Notes under the pieces: generated by a model | Told to the model about the DNA's origin: nothing | The model's input: the letters and a program-made list of their open reading frames with translations, nothing else | The model's database searches: none | Program-made: the position numbers and the translations under genes | Shown here: piece after piece, positions 47,660 through 56,211 of the stretch | Layout of the letters: every line of letters starts with the position of its first letter | How positions within the stretch are numbered: the first letter of the stretch is position 1 | DNA from: an uncultured Planctomycetales bacterium | GTDB lineage: Bacteria; Omnitrophota; Gorgyraeia; Gygaellales; JAHJCI01 | DNA length: 64,000 bases | Direction of reading: 5' to 3' | NCBI GenBank assembly: GCA_964592485.1 | Contig: CAZQEY010000001.1 | Span: 95,935-159,934, forward strand

Positions 47660-48856
47660 TTAATGGAATACTGACTCAGCTATTACAGCTTTATTAAAAT
47701 TTTCATCCACGTTGTCGTCATTTATCTTTATAAGATTGCCATACTTGTCTTTTACTAAATTCCCTTTAGAGTCAAGCCTGAACAATTTTTTATTAGTAAA
47801 TCTGTCACAGACCCTTACAAATTCCTCAAGTGTCATATCAATATCCTTGAGTATTTCTTCTAAGGAACAACCAAGATACACCCAGGGAAATTTCCCGCCA
47901 TGTTTTTTTACCAGTACCATAGCTTCTTCTCTTGTAAGTCTGCCTCGTCGGATATGTAAACACGCCAAATCAGAAACACGGTCATAACCGTATTTTAAAA
48001 ACTTGAAATAGTCATGTATGCCAACTTGACAGTTATCTAAATTCTCATAATTAACCAATGAATGCTCAACCGTTGTGGGGTAGGTATTAAAACCATACGC
48101 CTGAGCAATTAAGGCATTTCTATAACCATCCCAGGGGAAATAGTAACCAAGAAAAAGGCCTGTGACACCAACCCTCCTTAATTCTTCATTGGAAGGATAT
48201 GTGTACGGAATAAGATGTTTTTGTTCAATGCCTTCTTGGCCAATCCAATCAGATACCCGCAAACCCAAAAGTCCACCGAACTCCTCCAGCCAACGCCGGT
48301 TTAAAATATTATCTTCCGATGCAACTACAGGACCACCATACTCATTCTGGGAATTCTCCCCCCAGATAATCAGCGGAACATTGAATTGGACTGCTATACG
48401 CACAGGAATTGTGAAAATCGAAACATGCTCCGGCCAAGATATATCTCCTATTTGAGTAAGCGCCATTCTGTTGATTTTTCTACGAACTACCGGGTTAGCT
48501 GAAACCTCAATATAATCAACGCCAAGTTTCTTTATATTTTCGATATTGCGCCGTCCTATATCAGACAATTTATCTGTTGTTGCAGTGACACATAAAGGAT
48601 TCATACCCAGCTCCAGCATTTTTATAGTTTGGAAGTGACTATCTTTACCTCCGCTGGATGGAACTATACAGTCATAATTATTACCATTATTGTTACGATA
48701 CCGTTTGAGTATACCGAGTAATTCCTCCTTGCGTTTATTCCAATCGACAGACTTTCTACGTTCGAAACTACGGCAGGCGCAGCATATTCCTTCTTCATCG
48801 AGATAAAGGTCTGGCTTTGTTTCCGGCATTACACAACTTTTACAATAGCGTATCAT
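47660..48856 (-). CDS. pseA: N-acetyl sugar amidotransferase (PP-loop; PseA/WbuX-like)
   Basis: Zinc-ribbon N-terminus (CKSCVMPETKP...CCACR), then the PP-loop CIVPSSGGKDSHF. Confidence 0.85.
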   Translation of the reverse strand: MIRYCKSCVMPETKPDLYLDEEGICCACRSFERRKSVDWNKRKEELLGILKRYRNNNGNNYDCIVPSSGGKDSHFQTIKMLELGMNPLCVTATTDKLSDIGRRNIENIKKLGVDYIEVSANPVVRRKINRMALTQIGDISWPEHVSIFTIPVRIAVQFNVPLIIWGENSQNEYGGPVVASEDNILNRRWLEEFGGLLGLRVSDWIGQEGIEQKHLIPYTYPSNEELRRVGVTGLFLGYYFPWDGYRNALIAQAYGFNTYPTTVEHSLVNYENLDNCQVGIHDYFKFLKYGYDRVSDLACLHIRRGRLTREEAMVLVKKHGGKFPWVYLGCSLEEILKDIDMTLEEFVRVCDRFTNKKLFRLDSKGNLVKDKYGNLIKINDDNVDENFNKAVIAESVFH

Positions 48857-48918
48857 TACATACCTCCTTTTAATATATAGTTAGCCTGATTACTATTTTG
48901 GTCTTTTTACCTAATTTT

Positions 48919-49563
48919 TTAATTTTTCTTTCTAAGTAGAAACATTACATCTATATTATCATTATCTATATACTTATATCGTTTCTCTCTGACTAGTTTT
49001 AAATCATCAAATAAATCCATATACAGCTTTGCATAATCTGCCTTCCAATGCATATTCTTCTTACCTCTATATATAATCTCTGTAAACTTGGGAGCATAGT
49101 ATTCAAATCCCCAAATATATCTACGGGTGGACCTATGGATTTCTTCCATTACCTTCTTTATATCCAATGGATGAATATGTATAAGAACTCCGGAGGTAAA
49201 AACAAGATCAAAGTATTTGTCTTTAAAAGGGATATCAAATGCAGACCCCTTAATTATGTTAATATCTTTAGTCCTTGATTTAGAAAACTCAATTGCATAA
49301 CTATTTATTTCTATGCCGTAGAGATTTTTAAATCCCATTTTTTTAAGCAGAAGTAACTGATTACCTATGTTTGAACCAACCTCTAATATTCTAAGATTCC
49401 GATTGAGTCTTCCGATAACTGCATTATTCATTTCCCTGCGACTAACCCCGCAGTTCTTTCTATACAATTTATCTAACTCACTTAAGCTAAGGGCATTTCT
49501 ATCGGTATATTCCTTGCCAAACCTCCCTGCCCAATTTTTAATCTGGTAAGTTTTTTTAATCAT
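48919..49563 (-). CDS. small class I SAM-dependent methyltransferase (pseudaminic-acid-cluster-associated methylase type)
   Basis: Motif I LRILEVGSNIGNQL and motif II DLVFTSGVLIHIHP. Size and context fit the roughly 200-aa methylases that accompany Pse genes. Confidence 0.65.
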   Translation of the reverse strand: MIKKTYQIKNWAGRFGKEYTDRNALSLSELDKLYRKNCGVSRREMNNAVIGRLNRNLRILEVGSNIGNQLLLLKKMGFKNLYGIEINSYAIEFSKSRTKDINIIKGSAFDIPFKDKYFDLVFTSGVLIHIHPLDIKKVMEEIHRSTRRYIWGFEYYAPKFTEIIYRGKKNMHWKADYAKLYMDLFDDLKLVREKRYKYIDNDNIDVMFLLRKKN

Positions 49564-49593
49564 TCCTGATCCCTTCCATTTCCTCCTCCAAAA

Positions 49594-50442
49594 CTATGAA
49601 GCCTTATATTTTAAATTAGCTTCTAAAAAGCCTTTTGCCTTTTTTAAATCTTGTAACTCTAATATTCTTATGGCTTCCTTTATCTCTTCATCTAAGGTTA
49701 AGGCTATTTTCTTTTGAACACTCTTTTTATTTATAAGCTTCAACCATGGCTTTTCATTAAACAATTTTATTATATCCTCTGTATTAAAGAACTTATTTTG
49801 AGGATATAAATAATCGAAAACTGAACATAACAAGGCATAATCTTCTTCCGTATCAAGCGTGATTCTTATCTCTGGCGCATAAAGATGTCTTGTTGCTTCA
49901 ACCTGGATTATTTTAAAAATAGTAGGATTTCGATAAATATAAGGTGTAACGTGCTCCCTTTCATAATCTTCGCAAGCATTTTTGTGTGACTTTTCTAAAG
50001 AATCGAAATTAAAAACCTCTACATCAAGACCGCGAGGATAGGTTTTTTTAAAAGAGTTTGTAGCATAATCTACCTCTGCTTGTATGCATTCCTCAATAAT
50101 TAAATCGATAATTTCTGAATCATGGCAAGGACAATCACTAGTGGCCCTTACCACCATATCCAAATTATTCTCTCTAGCAGCCAAATAATACCTAGACAGA
50201 ACATCTTCTTGACTTCCCCTAAAACAAGTTATCTTCTCTTTTTCTGCAATATTAACGATTTTGTTATCGCTTTTTTCAACTGTTGTAGCAACTATAATCT
50301 CATTAAGCTTTTTAGACTGTTTTAACCTTCTAATGACCTGTTCTAAAACAGTTATGCCACTGGCGAAAGGTAGCTCTTTTAAAATTTTTCCAGGTAATCT
50401 TGTTGAGGAAAATCTTGCTTGAACTATCGCTCCTATCTTCAT
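49594..50442 (-). CDS. CMP-sugar cytidylyltransferase (SpsF/PseF-like)
   Basis: MKIGAIVQARFSSTRLPGKILKEL is a SpsF/FlmC/PseF-type CTP_transf_3 N-terminus. Confidence 0.75.
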   Translation of the reverse strand: MKIGAIVQARFSSTRLPGKILKELPFASGITVLEQVIRRLKQSKKLNEIIVATTVEKSDNKIVNIAEKEKITCFRGSQEDVLSRYYLAARENNLDMVVRATSDCPCHDSEIIDLIIEECIQAEVDYATNSFKKTYPRGLDVEVFNFDSLEKSHKNACEDYEREHVTPYIYRNPTIFKIIQVEATRHLYAPEIRITLDTEEDYALLCSVFDYLYPQNKFFNTEDIIKLFNEKPWLKLINKKSVQKKIALTLDEEIKEAIRILELQDLKKAKGFLEANLKYKAS

Positions 50443-50500
50443 AATCTTCTCAATTTTCTATTTAAAAAAGCTATCTAAATCTCCTAAATAGATCTTAAAC

Positions 50501-51697
50501 TTATTTAACTGTTTTCAGAACACTGTCTATTATCCGTGCGCACTCCTTATCTTGCAAACCTGGAAACAAAGGTATAGTAAGCGCAGAATCATAGAAAGCT
50601 TCTGCCTCTGGGAAATCGCCCCTCTTGTAACCAAATCTTTCTCTATAGTAGGGCTGGAGATGGAGTGGAATGTAATGCACATGCACCCCAATTCCCATTG
50701 TTCGCAACTCTTCAAAAACCTGACGCCTTGTCTTAACCATCCTATCTAAACGAAGACGAAGCATATAGAGATGCCAAGCACTCTGCCGGTTTGTTTCTTG
50801 ATAGGGGATTATTAAATATGGAGATTTAACAAAAGCCTCATTGTAACGCTGGGCAATTTCACGACGCCGGGAAATAAACCGGGCTAATTTTTTAAATTGG
50901 CTTAACCCTAATGCGCATTGAATATCTGTAATACGGTAGTTGTAACCCAATGCCTGCATTTCATAATACCATGGTGCTTTAGAATTAGGATTGCGTCCAT
51001 CCGAATATGAATTCTGGTTATCAGCCGCCTGGTCCTTATATATCATGTTATTGTTATCATTAGTAATCCCGTGGGTACGAAAAAGACGTAATTTTTTTTC
51101 CAATGATTCATCATCTGTAATAATCATTCCTCCCTCACCAGTTGTAATATGTTTTACGGGATGGAAGGACAAAATTGTCATATGCGCCAGAGTGCCTACA
51201 GGTTTACCTTTATAAGATGCACCTAAAGAATGAGCCGCATCATGGATTATCGTTATATTATTCTTTTTTGCTATCTTATTAATCTCATCCATATCGCAAG
51301 GCTGCCCGGTAAAATCTACAGGAATAATTGCTTTAGTTCTTGAGGTTATCGCTGCATCTATTTTATTAGCATCTATACAATAAGTATTACTTTTTATATC
51401 AGCGAATTTAACAGTTGCCCCAACAAAAAGAGCGCAATTCCCACTAGCAGCAAAGGTAATGGGAGAAGTAATAATTTCATCTTGAGGTCCTATGTCGGCA
51501 GCAAAACAGGCACAATGCAGTGCTGCTGTCCCAGTTGCAACCGCAATAGCATATTTAGCACCAGTATAAGCACAAACCGCATCCTCAAACTCCTTTATCT
51601 TAGGTCCTTGAGTAATCCAATCGCTCCTAAGCACTCCAATAACTTCATCAATATCATCTGAATCTATGTATTGTCGAGCGTAAGGAATGTATCTCAT
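50501..51697 (-). CDS. pseC: UDP-4-amino-4,6-dideoxy-N-acetylhexosamine transaminase (PseC-like DegT aminotransferase)
   Basis: IPYARQYIDSDDIDEVIGVLRSDWITQGPKIKEFE matches the PseC N-terminus. It carries DegT-family PLP-lysine region blocks. Confidence 0.85.
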   Translation of the reverse strand: MRYIPYARQYIDSDDIDEVIGVLRSDWITQGPKIKEFEDAVCAYTGAKYAIAVATGTAALHCACFAADIGPQDEIITSPITFAASGNCALFVGATVKFADIKSNTYCIDANKIDAAITSRTKAIIPVDFTGQPCDMDEINKIAKKNNITIIHDAAHSLGASYKGKPVGTLAHMTILSFHPVKHITTGEGGMIITDDESLEKKLRLFRTHGITNDNNNMIYKDQAADNQNSYSDGRNPNSKAPWYYEMQALGYNYRITDIQCALGLSQFKKLARFISRRREIAQRYNEAFVKSPYLIIPYQETNRQSAWHLYMLRLRLDRMVKTRRQVFEELRTMGIGVHVHYIPLHLQPYYRERFGYKRGDFPEAEAFYDSALTIPLFPGLQDKECARIIDSVLKTVK

Positions 51698-51718
51698 TTA
51701 TATGTAACTGGTAGATTA

Positions 51719-53152
51719 TTACTTACTATCAATTCCTTTTAATGCCTCAAGATTACTATGTCGTGAGTCATCGGTATTCGCGATATCGCCTTTTTCAAAA
51801 ACAGACTTAAGCTCTCTTAATCCCTCCAATACTTTAATCTGAGCACGATAGCCTAAAATCTGCTCAATCTTATTAAAATTAACTCTATAATTACGTGTGT
51901 CTGGCGAACTTGTGATATGTCTTATTTTGACTTCGGGAAATACTTGTGTAGTCAAATCTGCAAGCGTATTAATTGTATGATTTTGCTCTCCATTACCTAC
52001 ATTAAATACTTGCCGCGATACCTTATCAATAGGTGCTTCTAAGGTCTTAATAATTGCTCTTGCCACATCAATCACATGCACATTCGGCCGCCATTGATTA
52101 CCTCCAAAGACCTCTATGCATTTCTTGAAAAATGCATTCTTAGCAAAGGTATTAACTACTAAATCAAAGCGAGGCCTATAGGAATAACCAAATACAGTTG
52201 CCAGGCGTAAAATTGTCGGTGCAAATAAAGGGCTGGATATTCCCAATAATGCTTGCTCTGTCATTATTTTCATACGCCCATAGTACGAAACAGGATTAAG
52301 TTCACAATCCTCTGATAAATATGCCTCTGGGTCCCTACTCCCTCCATACACACTGCAAGAAGATGTATATATAAAACGATTTATATTCAAATAGGCGCAA
52401 AGATGCGCCATATTAGCAACCGATAGATAATTTGTCTTTAATGCCCTTCCCGGCCTATAGGCACAGGCAGCGTCACCAACGATCTCGGCAAGATAAACTA
52501 CAGCATCTATACCTTCTATTGTTTCAACTAAATCATTAATGTTTGTTACATCGCCATGTACAATTGAACAATACTCACTCTCGATTCCCTCTAAAGATGT
52601 CTGCTTATAGAGAAAATTATCTAATATACGTACTTTCCAGCCTTCGGCCAATAATACCCTGGTAAAAATAGAACCAATATAACCAGCACCGCCAACAACT
52701 AACACATGCGGATGGCCTGACCTTCTACCATTTTTCTTTGTAGCATCACTACCTTTGATCTGCAACATCTCAGGAACAACTAAACCAATAAGTTTATGAT
52801 TCTCGCTGATTACGGGAATTGTAGCCTGTTGCCCTAACCCATTGCCATATCGTTGATATATTTGGTCAATAACATGAACTCGCTTCAATTCATCGTCTAA
52901 ATCCTTGAGTTGGATTATAATAGGTTTAGTATTCATAACATCTACCAGAGGTGTATTCACGGATTTACCATTGAGTATTGCATTCCGAAGATCCCCTTCT
53001 GAGACAATACCGCAAAACCGGTTCCCCTCTTCGATAATCGTAACTACCATCCCAAATCTTCCATTGATAGCCTTGAAGGCATCCGAGATAGTATTGTTAC
53101 GGCTAAGATTCAAACTTGGAATAAACTCTATTTTATTATTGAAATTCATCAC
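51719..53152 (-). CDS. N-terminal CBS domain fused to an NAD-dependent nucleotide-sugar epimerase/dehydratase (candidate first-step 4,6-dehydratase of the Pse-type branch)
   Basis: The ~150-aa N-terminus has CBS-like blocks (GIVSEGDLRNAIL, GLVVPEM). The SDR part carries VLVVGGAGYIGS and a YGRMK catalytic context. Confidence 0.65.
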   Translation of the reverse strand: MMNFNNKIEFIPSLNLSRNNTISDAFKAINGRFGMVVTIIEEGNRFCGIVSEGDLRNAILNGKSVNTPLVDVMNTKPIIIQLKDLDDELKRVHVIDQIYQRYGNGLGQQATIPVISENHKLIGLVVPEMLQIKGSDATKKNGRRSGHPHVLVVGGAGYIGSIFTRVLLAEGWKVRILDNFLYKQTSLEGIESEYCSIVHGDVTNINDLVETIEGIDAVVYLAEIVGDAACAYRPGRALKTNYLSVANMAHLCAYLNINRFIYTSSCSVYGGSRDPEAYLSEDCELNPVSYYGRMKIMTEQALLGISSPLFAPTILRLATVFGYSYRPRFDLVVNTFAKNAFFKKCIEVFGGNQWRPNVHVIDVARAIIKTLEAPIDKVSRQVFNVGNGEQNHTINTLADLTTQVFPEVKIRHITSSPDTRNYRVNFNKIEQILGYRAQIKVLEGLRELKSVFEKGDIANTDDSRHSNLEALKGIDSK

Positions 53153-53189
53153 GCTTAGCTTAATTTATCTGGCTAGATAGCCCATACTC

Positions 53190-53633
53190 CTAACGTGGTG
53201 TAATTTCCCACGGATTCCAATAGTATGCATCATAACGATAATCATCATCTTTGCTTTGCTCTAAAGTCGCAGTGGAAAAGAACATTACCTGCGTATCTGG
53301 CTTGAGTGTCATAAATCCATTAGCATATCCTGGAGGTATTACTAAGATCCCCGGCTTTTTATCACTCAAAATATAGCGAAGGACATCTACATTCTTGCTA
53401 GGACAATCCCAATTATCTATTTTAACCGCTACCACCAGCGCTGTTCCGGAAACGACGAGAACAAACTTAGCTTCTTTTTTGTGAGCATGCCAGGCTCGTA
53501 TAAATCTGGATTCGTGATTCGAAACTAAATAGAATCTGCGCACATCCTTCATATCAAAACCATTGCAGAATAATAACTGCCCTCTATCATCTACAGCAAT
53601 CATCCCTTCAATATACCTAACTTTATCATCCAT
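53190..53633 (-). CDS. sugar 3,4-ketoisomerase (FdtA/WxcM-like cupin)
   Basis: RGQLLFCN...RFYLVSNHE...RAWHAHKK matches the FdtA/QdtA pattern. A strong GGGAGGA RBS lies 7 nt upstream. Confidence 0.7.
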   Translation of the reverse strand: MDDKVRYIEGMIAVDDRGQLLFCNGFDMKDVRRFYLVSNHESRFIRAWHAHKKEAKFVLVVSGTALVVAVKIDNWDCPSKNVDVLRYILSDKKPGILVIPPGYANGFMTLKPDTQVMFFSTATLEQSKDDDYRYDAYYWNPWEITPR

Positions 53634-53695
53634 TAAATCCTCCCACTATTATTCGGTGGTACTATTGAATTACCGCATAAGTTGTAGGCGATCTT

Positions 53696-54766
53696 TTATG
53701 TCGAATATACTTCTTTAATTTTTGACTGTTGTTGAAATATCTCCCTTAGCGTCTTATCAATAGTATAAGTTAATTTCCATTGCGGATAATGGTTCGTAAA
53801 TTTAGAATTATCAGTTATCCACCAAATATGGTCTCCTTTCCGATTCTTATCTACATACTCATAATTTATTTTCTTGCCGTAAATCTCCCGACACAAATCA
53901 ATTGCTTCTAATATTGATACATTAGAAAATCTCCCCCCGCCTATATTGTAAATCTCTCCGCAGCGAGGAGCTTGATAAAAATGGTAAAAGGCATTTACCA
54001 AATCATAGGAATGAATATTATCTCTTACTTGCTTGCCTTTATATCCATAGATTGTATATTTCTTGCCCATTATAGCGGACCTTACAAGATAAGATAAGAA
54101 TCCATGGAGCTCTGTCCCTGAATGGGCAGGACCTGTAAGGCACCCGCATCGAAATACACCTGTTTTTAAACCAACGTATTTGCCATATTCCTGAACAAGT
54201 ATATCTGCAGCGGCCTTAGAAGCACCAAATAAACTATGTAGGCAATCATCTATACTCATTGATTCATCTATCCCCAGATAGTATTTGTGACTAGAAGGGA
54301 GTTCAAATCTCTTCTGGAGTTCTATTAAAGGAAGTTTGTTTGGTCTATCACCATAGACCTTGTTTGTAGAAGTAAATATAAAGACTGCATTAGGAGAATA
54401 TGTCCGAAAGCTTTCAAGAAGGACCAATGTCCCATCCGCATTCACAGTAAAATCAGTAAAGGGATCTTTTGCTGCCCAATCATGAGAAGGTTGAGCTGCA
54501 GTATGTATTATTAAATCAAACTTATATTCTTTAAATAACCTCTCTATATTTTCTCTATCCCGTATATCAATATCATGGTGAATATATCCCGAAATTGTCT
54601 CTACAAGTAATTTCTTAACCCATTCAACAGAAGCATCTTCGCCGAAGAAAACCTTTCTCATATTGTTATCTATCCCGACTACTTTAAATCCCTTCTGAGA
54701 AAAAAAGCGTACACACTCAGAGCCAATTAATCCTGCTGAACCTGTAACTAAGGCTAATTTTTCCAT
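53696..54766 (-). CDS. NAD-dependent nucleotide-sugar epimerase of the CDP-paratose/tyvelose 2-epimerase (RfbE-like) subfamily
   Basis: [14 protein letters not shown]. Blocks [24 protein letters not shown] and IYNIGGG align with RfbE ([27 protein letters not shown]). Confidence 0.65.
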   Translation of the reverse strand: MEKLALVTGSAGLIGSECVRFFSQKGFKVVGIDNNMRKVFFGEDASVEWVKKLLVETISGYIHHDIDIRDRENIERLFKEYKFDLIIHTAAQPSHDWAAKDPFTDFTVNADGTLVLLESFRTYSPNAVFIFTSTNKVYGDRPNKLPLIELQKRFELPSSHKYYLGIDESMSIDDCLHSLFGASKAAADILVQEYGKYVGLKTGVFRCGCLTGPAHSGTELHGFLSYLVRSAIMGKKYTIYGYKGKQVRDNIHSYDLVNAFYHFYQAPRCGEIYNIGGGRFSNVSILEAIDLCREIYGKKINYEYVDKNRKGDHIWWITDNSKFTNHYPQWKLTYTIDKTLREIFQQQSKIKEVYST

Positions 54767-54790
54767 ATAGCGCGCTCTTTAATTTATAGT

Positions 54791-55774
54791 TTATTTATCA
54801 CAACAATATACTGCGTTAGCAACCATTTTCTCAATCCACCTATAGGTTTTCTCTAAACCTTCTTCCAAACTAATCTGGGGTTCCCACTCCAACACTTGGC
54901 GTAATTTTGTATTGTCACTATTTCTTCCTCTTACACCCTGAGGAGCACTGAGGTTATATTTTCTGACTATTTTTTTCTTGGATATTTTTATAATTATGTC
55001 GGCTAATTCGTTAATGGTTACCAATCTGTCTGAGCCTATGTTAAGAGGTTCGTTACAATTTGATTCCATCAGCATAATAACACCCTTTATGCAATCGTCT
55101 ATATAGCAATAGGATCGGGTTTGCCTCCCATCTCCCCAAATTTCTATCTCACCAGGATCATTGGCTTCTGCAACCTTACGGCACAAAGCTGCGGGTGATT
55201 TTTCTCTTCCACCTTTATATGTTCCTTCAGGACCATAGATATTATGATAACGAGCTATCCGTATATCTAAACCGTAATCTTTTTTAAAAGCTTCTAACAT
55301 CTTTTCTGTATAAAGCTTTTCCCAACCATAAAAATTATCCGGGTCTGCAGGATAGGCATCTTCTTCTTTTAAGGGTTTTACCTCTGAGGTTTTTTGTTTA
55401 TAGGTAGGATAGACACAAGCAGATGAAGAGAAAAGAAGACATCTAACGTTGTTTTCTACACAGGCCTTCATTATATAAGTATTTATTAAAACATTGTCAT
55501 ACATTATATCCGCACCAACTTCTGTAATAAAACCAATTCCTCCCATATTTGCTGCTAAGTTAAATACATAGTCCACGCCTTCCGTTGCCTTTAAACAATT
55601 TTGAAATCTTCTTAAATCAAGAGTTAATTTTTCAGAGTAATAAGGTTCTTTTATATAACCATCCCATTTAATATCCGCTACTCTCACAAAGTTATCTTTC
55701 TTAAAAAGCTCTCTTGCTAAATGTGAACCAATAAATCCTCCCGCTCCAGTTACCAAGATTTTTTTGTTTTGCAT
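54791..55774 (-). CDS. GDP-mannose 3,5-epimerase homolog
   Basis: ILVTGAGGFIGSHLA. Long collinear blocks (VDYVFNLAANMGGIGFI, SSACVYP, RYHNIYGPEGTYKGGREKSPAALCRK, GDGRQTRS) closely match plant and bacterial GME (VDHVFNLAADMGGMGFI, ASSACIYP, RFHNIYGPFGTWKGGREKAPAAFCRK, GDGLQTRS). Confidence 0.8.
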   Translation of the reverse strand: MQNKKILVTGAGGFIGSHLARELFKKDNFVRVADIKWDGYIKEPYYSEKLTLDLRRFQNCLKATEGVDYVFNLAANMGGIGFITEVGADIMYDNVLINTYIMKACVENNVRCLLFSSSACVYPTYKQKTSEVKPLKEEDAYPADPDNFYGWEKLYTEKMLEAFKKDYGLDIRIARYHNIYGPEGTYKGGREKSPAALCRKVAEANDPGEIEIWGDGRQTRSYCYIDDCIKGVIMLMESNCNEPLNIGSDRLVTINELADIIIKISKKKIVRKYNLSAPQGVRGRNSDNTKLRQVLEWEPQISLEEGLEKTYRWIEKMVANAVYCCDK

Positions 55775-55810
55775 CCCGTCTCCTTTAAGTATAGTCTGTC
55801 TGATATCTCC

Positions 55811-56158
55811 TCAGAGATTTTTTTGATTATTGCTCTTATTATTTAAATAAGCCTCCCATTCCCTTCTTAGATTTTCGTACTCCTGTTGTTTTCTCTCTAA
55901 AAAATGCAAGGTAAGTTCTGCCTTCTGTTTTATGCCTCTTGAGGTCAAATTATAGGAAATTCTGCTTAATTTATGGTTTTTATGAGAAAAGTTCTTTATC
56001 TTGACAAATCCCTTTTTGATAAGTTCTTTGATGAGATAGTTGGTTTTTCCTAAAGATATGCCTAAATGAGCGGATAAATCTCTTTGGGTAGGACTATCGT
56101 TTAAGGATAAAATACGTAGAATATTAAGAATATCCTCTTTAAGGGTATGTTCATCCAT
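55811..56158 (-). CDS. winged-helix transcriptional regulator, EPS-locus-associated MarR-like
   Basis: A small 115-aa protein. The block PTQRDLSAHLGISLGKTNYLIKELIKKGFV is an HTH recognition region, and the C-terminus has a coiled coil. Its position inside the polysaccharide locus is typical of EPS-associated MarR-type regulators. Confidence 0.55.
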   Translation of the reverse strand: MDEHTLKEDILNILRILSLNDSPTQRDLSAHLGISLGKTNYLIKELIKKGFVKIKNFSHKNHKLSRISYNLTSRGIKQKAELTLHFLERKQQEYENLRREWEAYLNNKSNNQKNL

Positions 56159-56211
56159 TGAACAATATTATAGGAAGAACATACCTAACTGTCAAGAAAT
56201 AATTTAAACCT

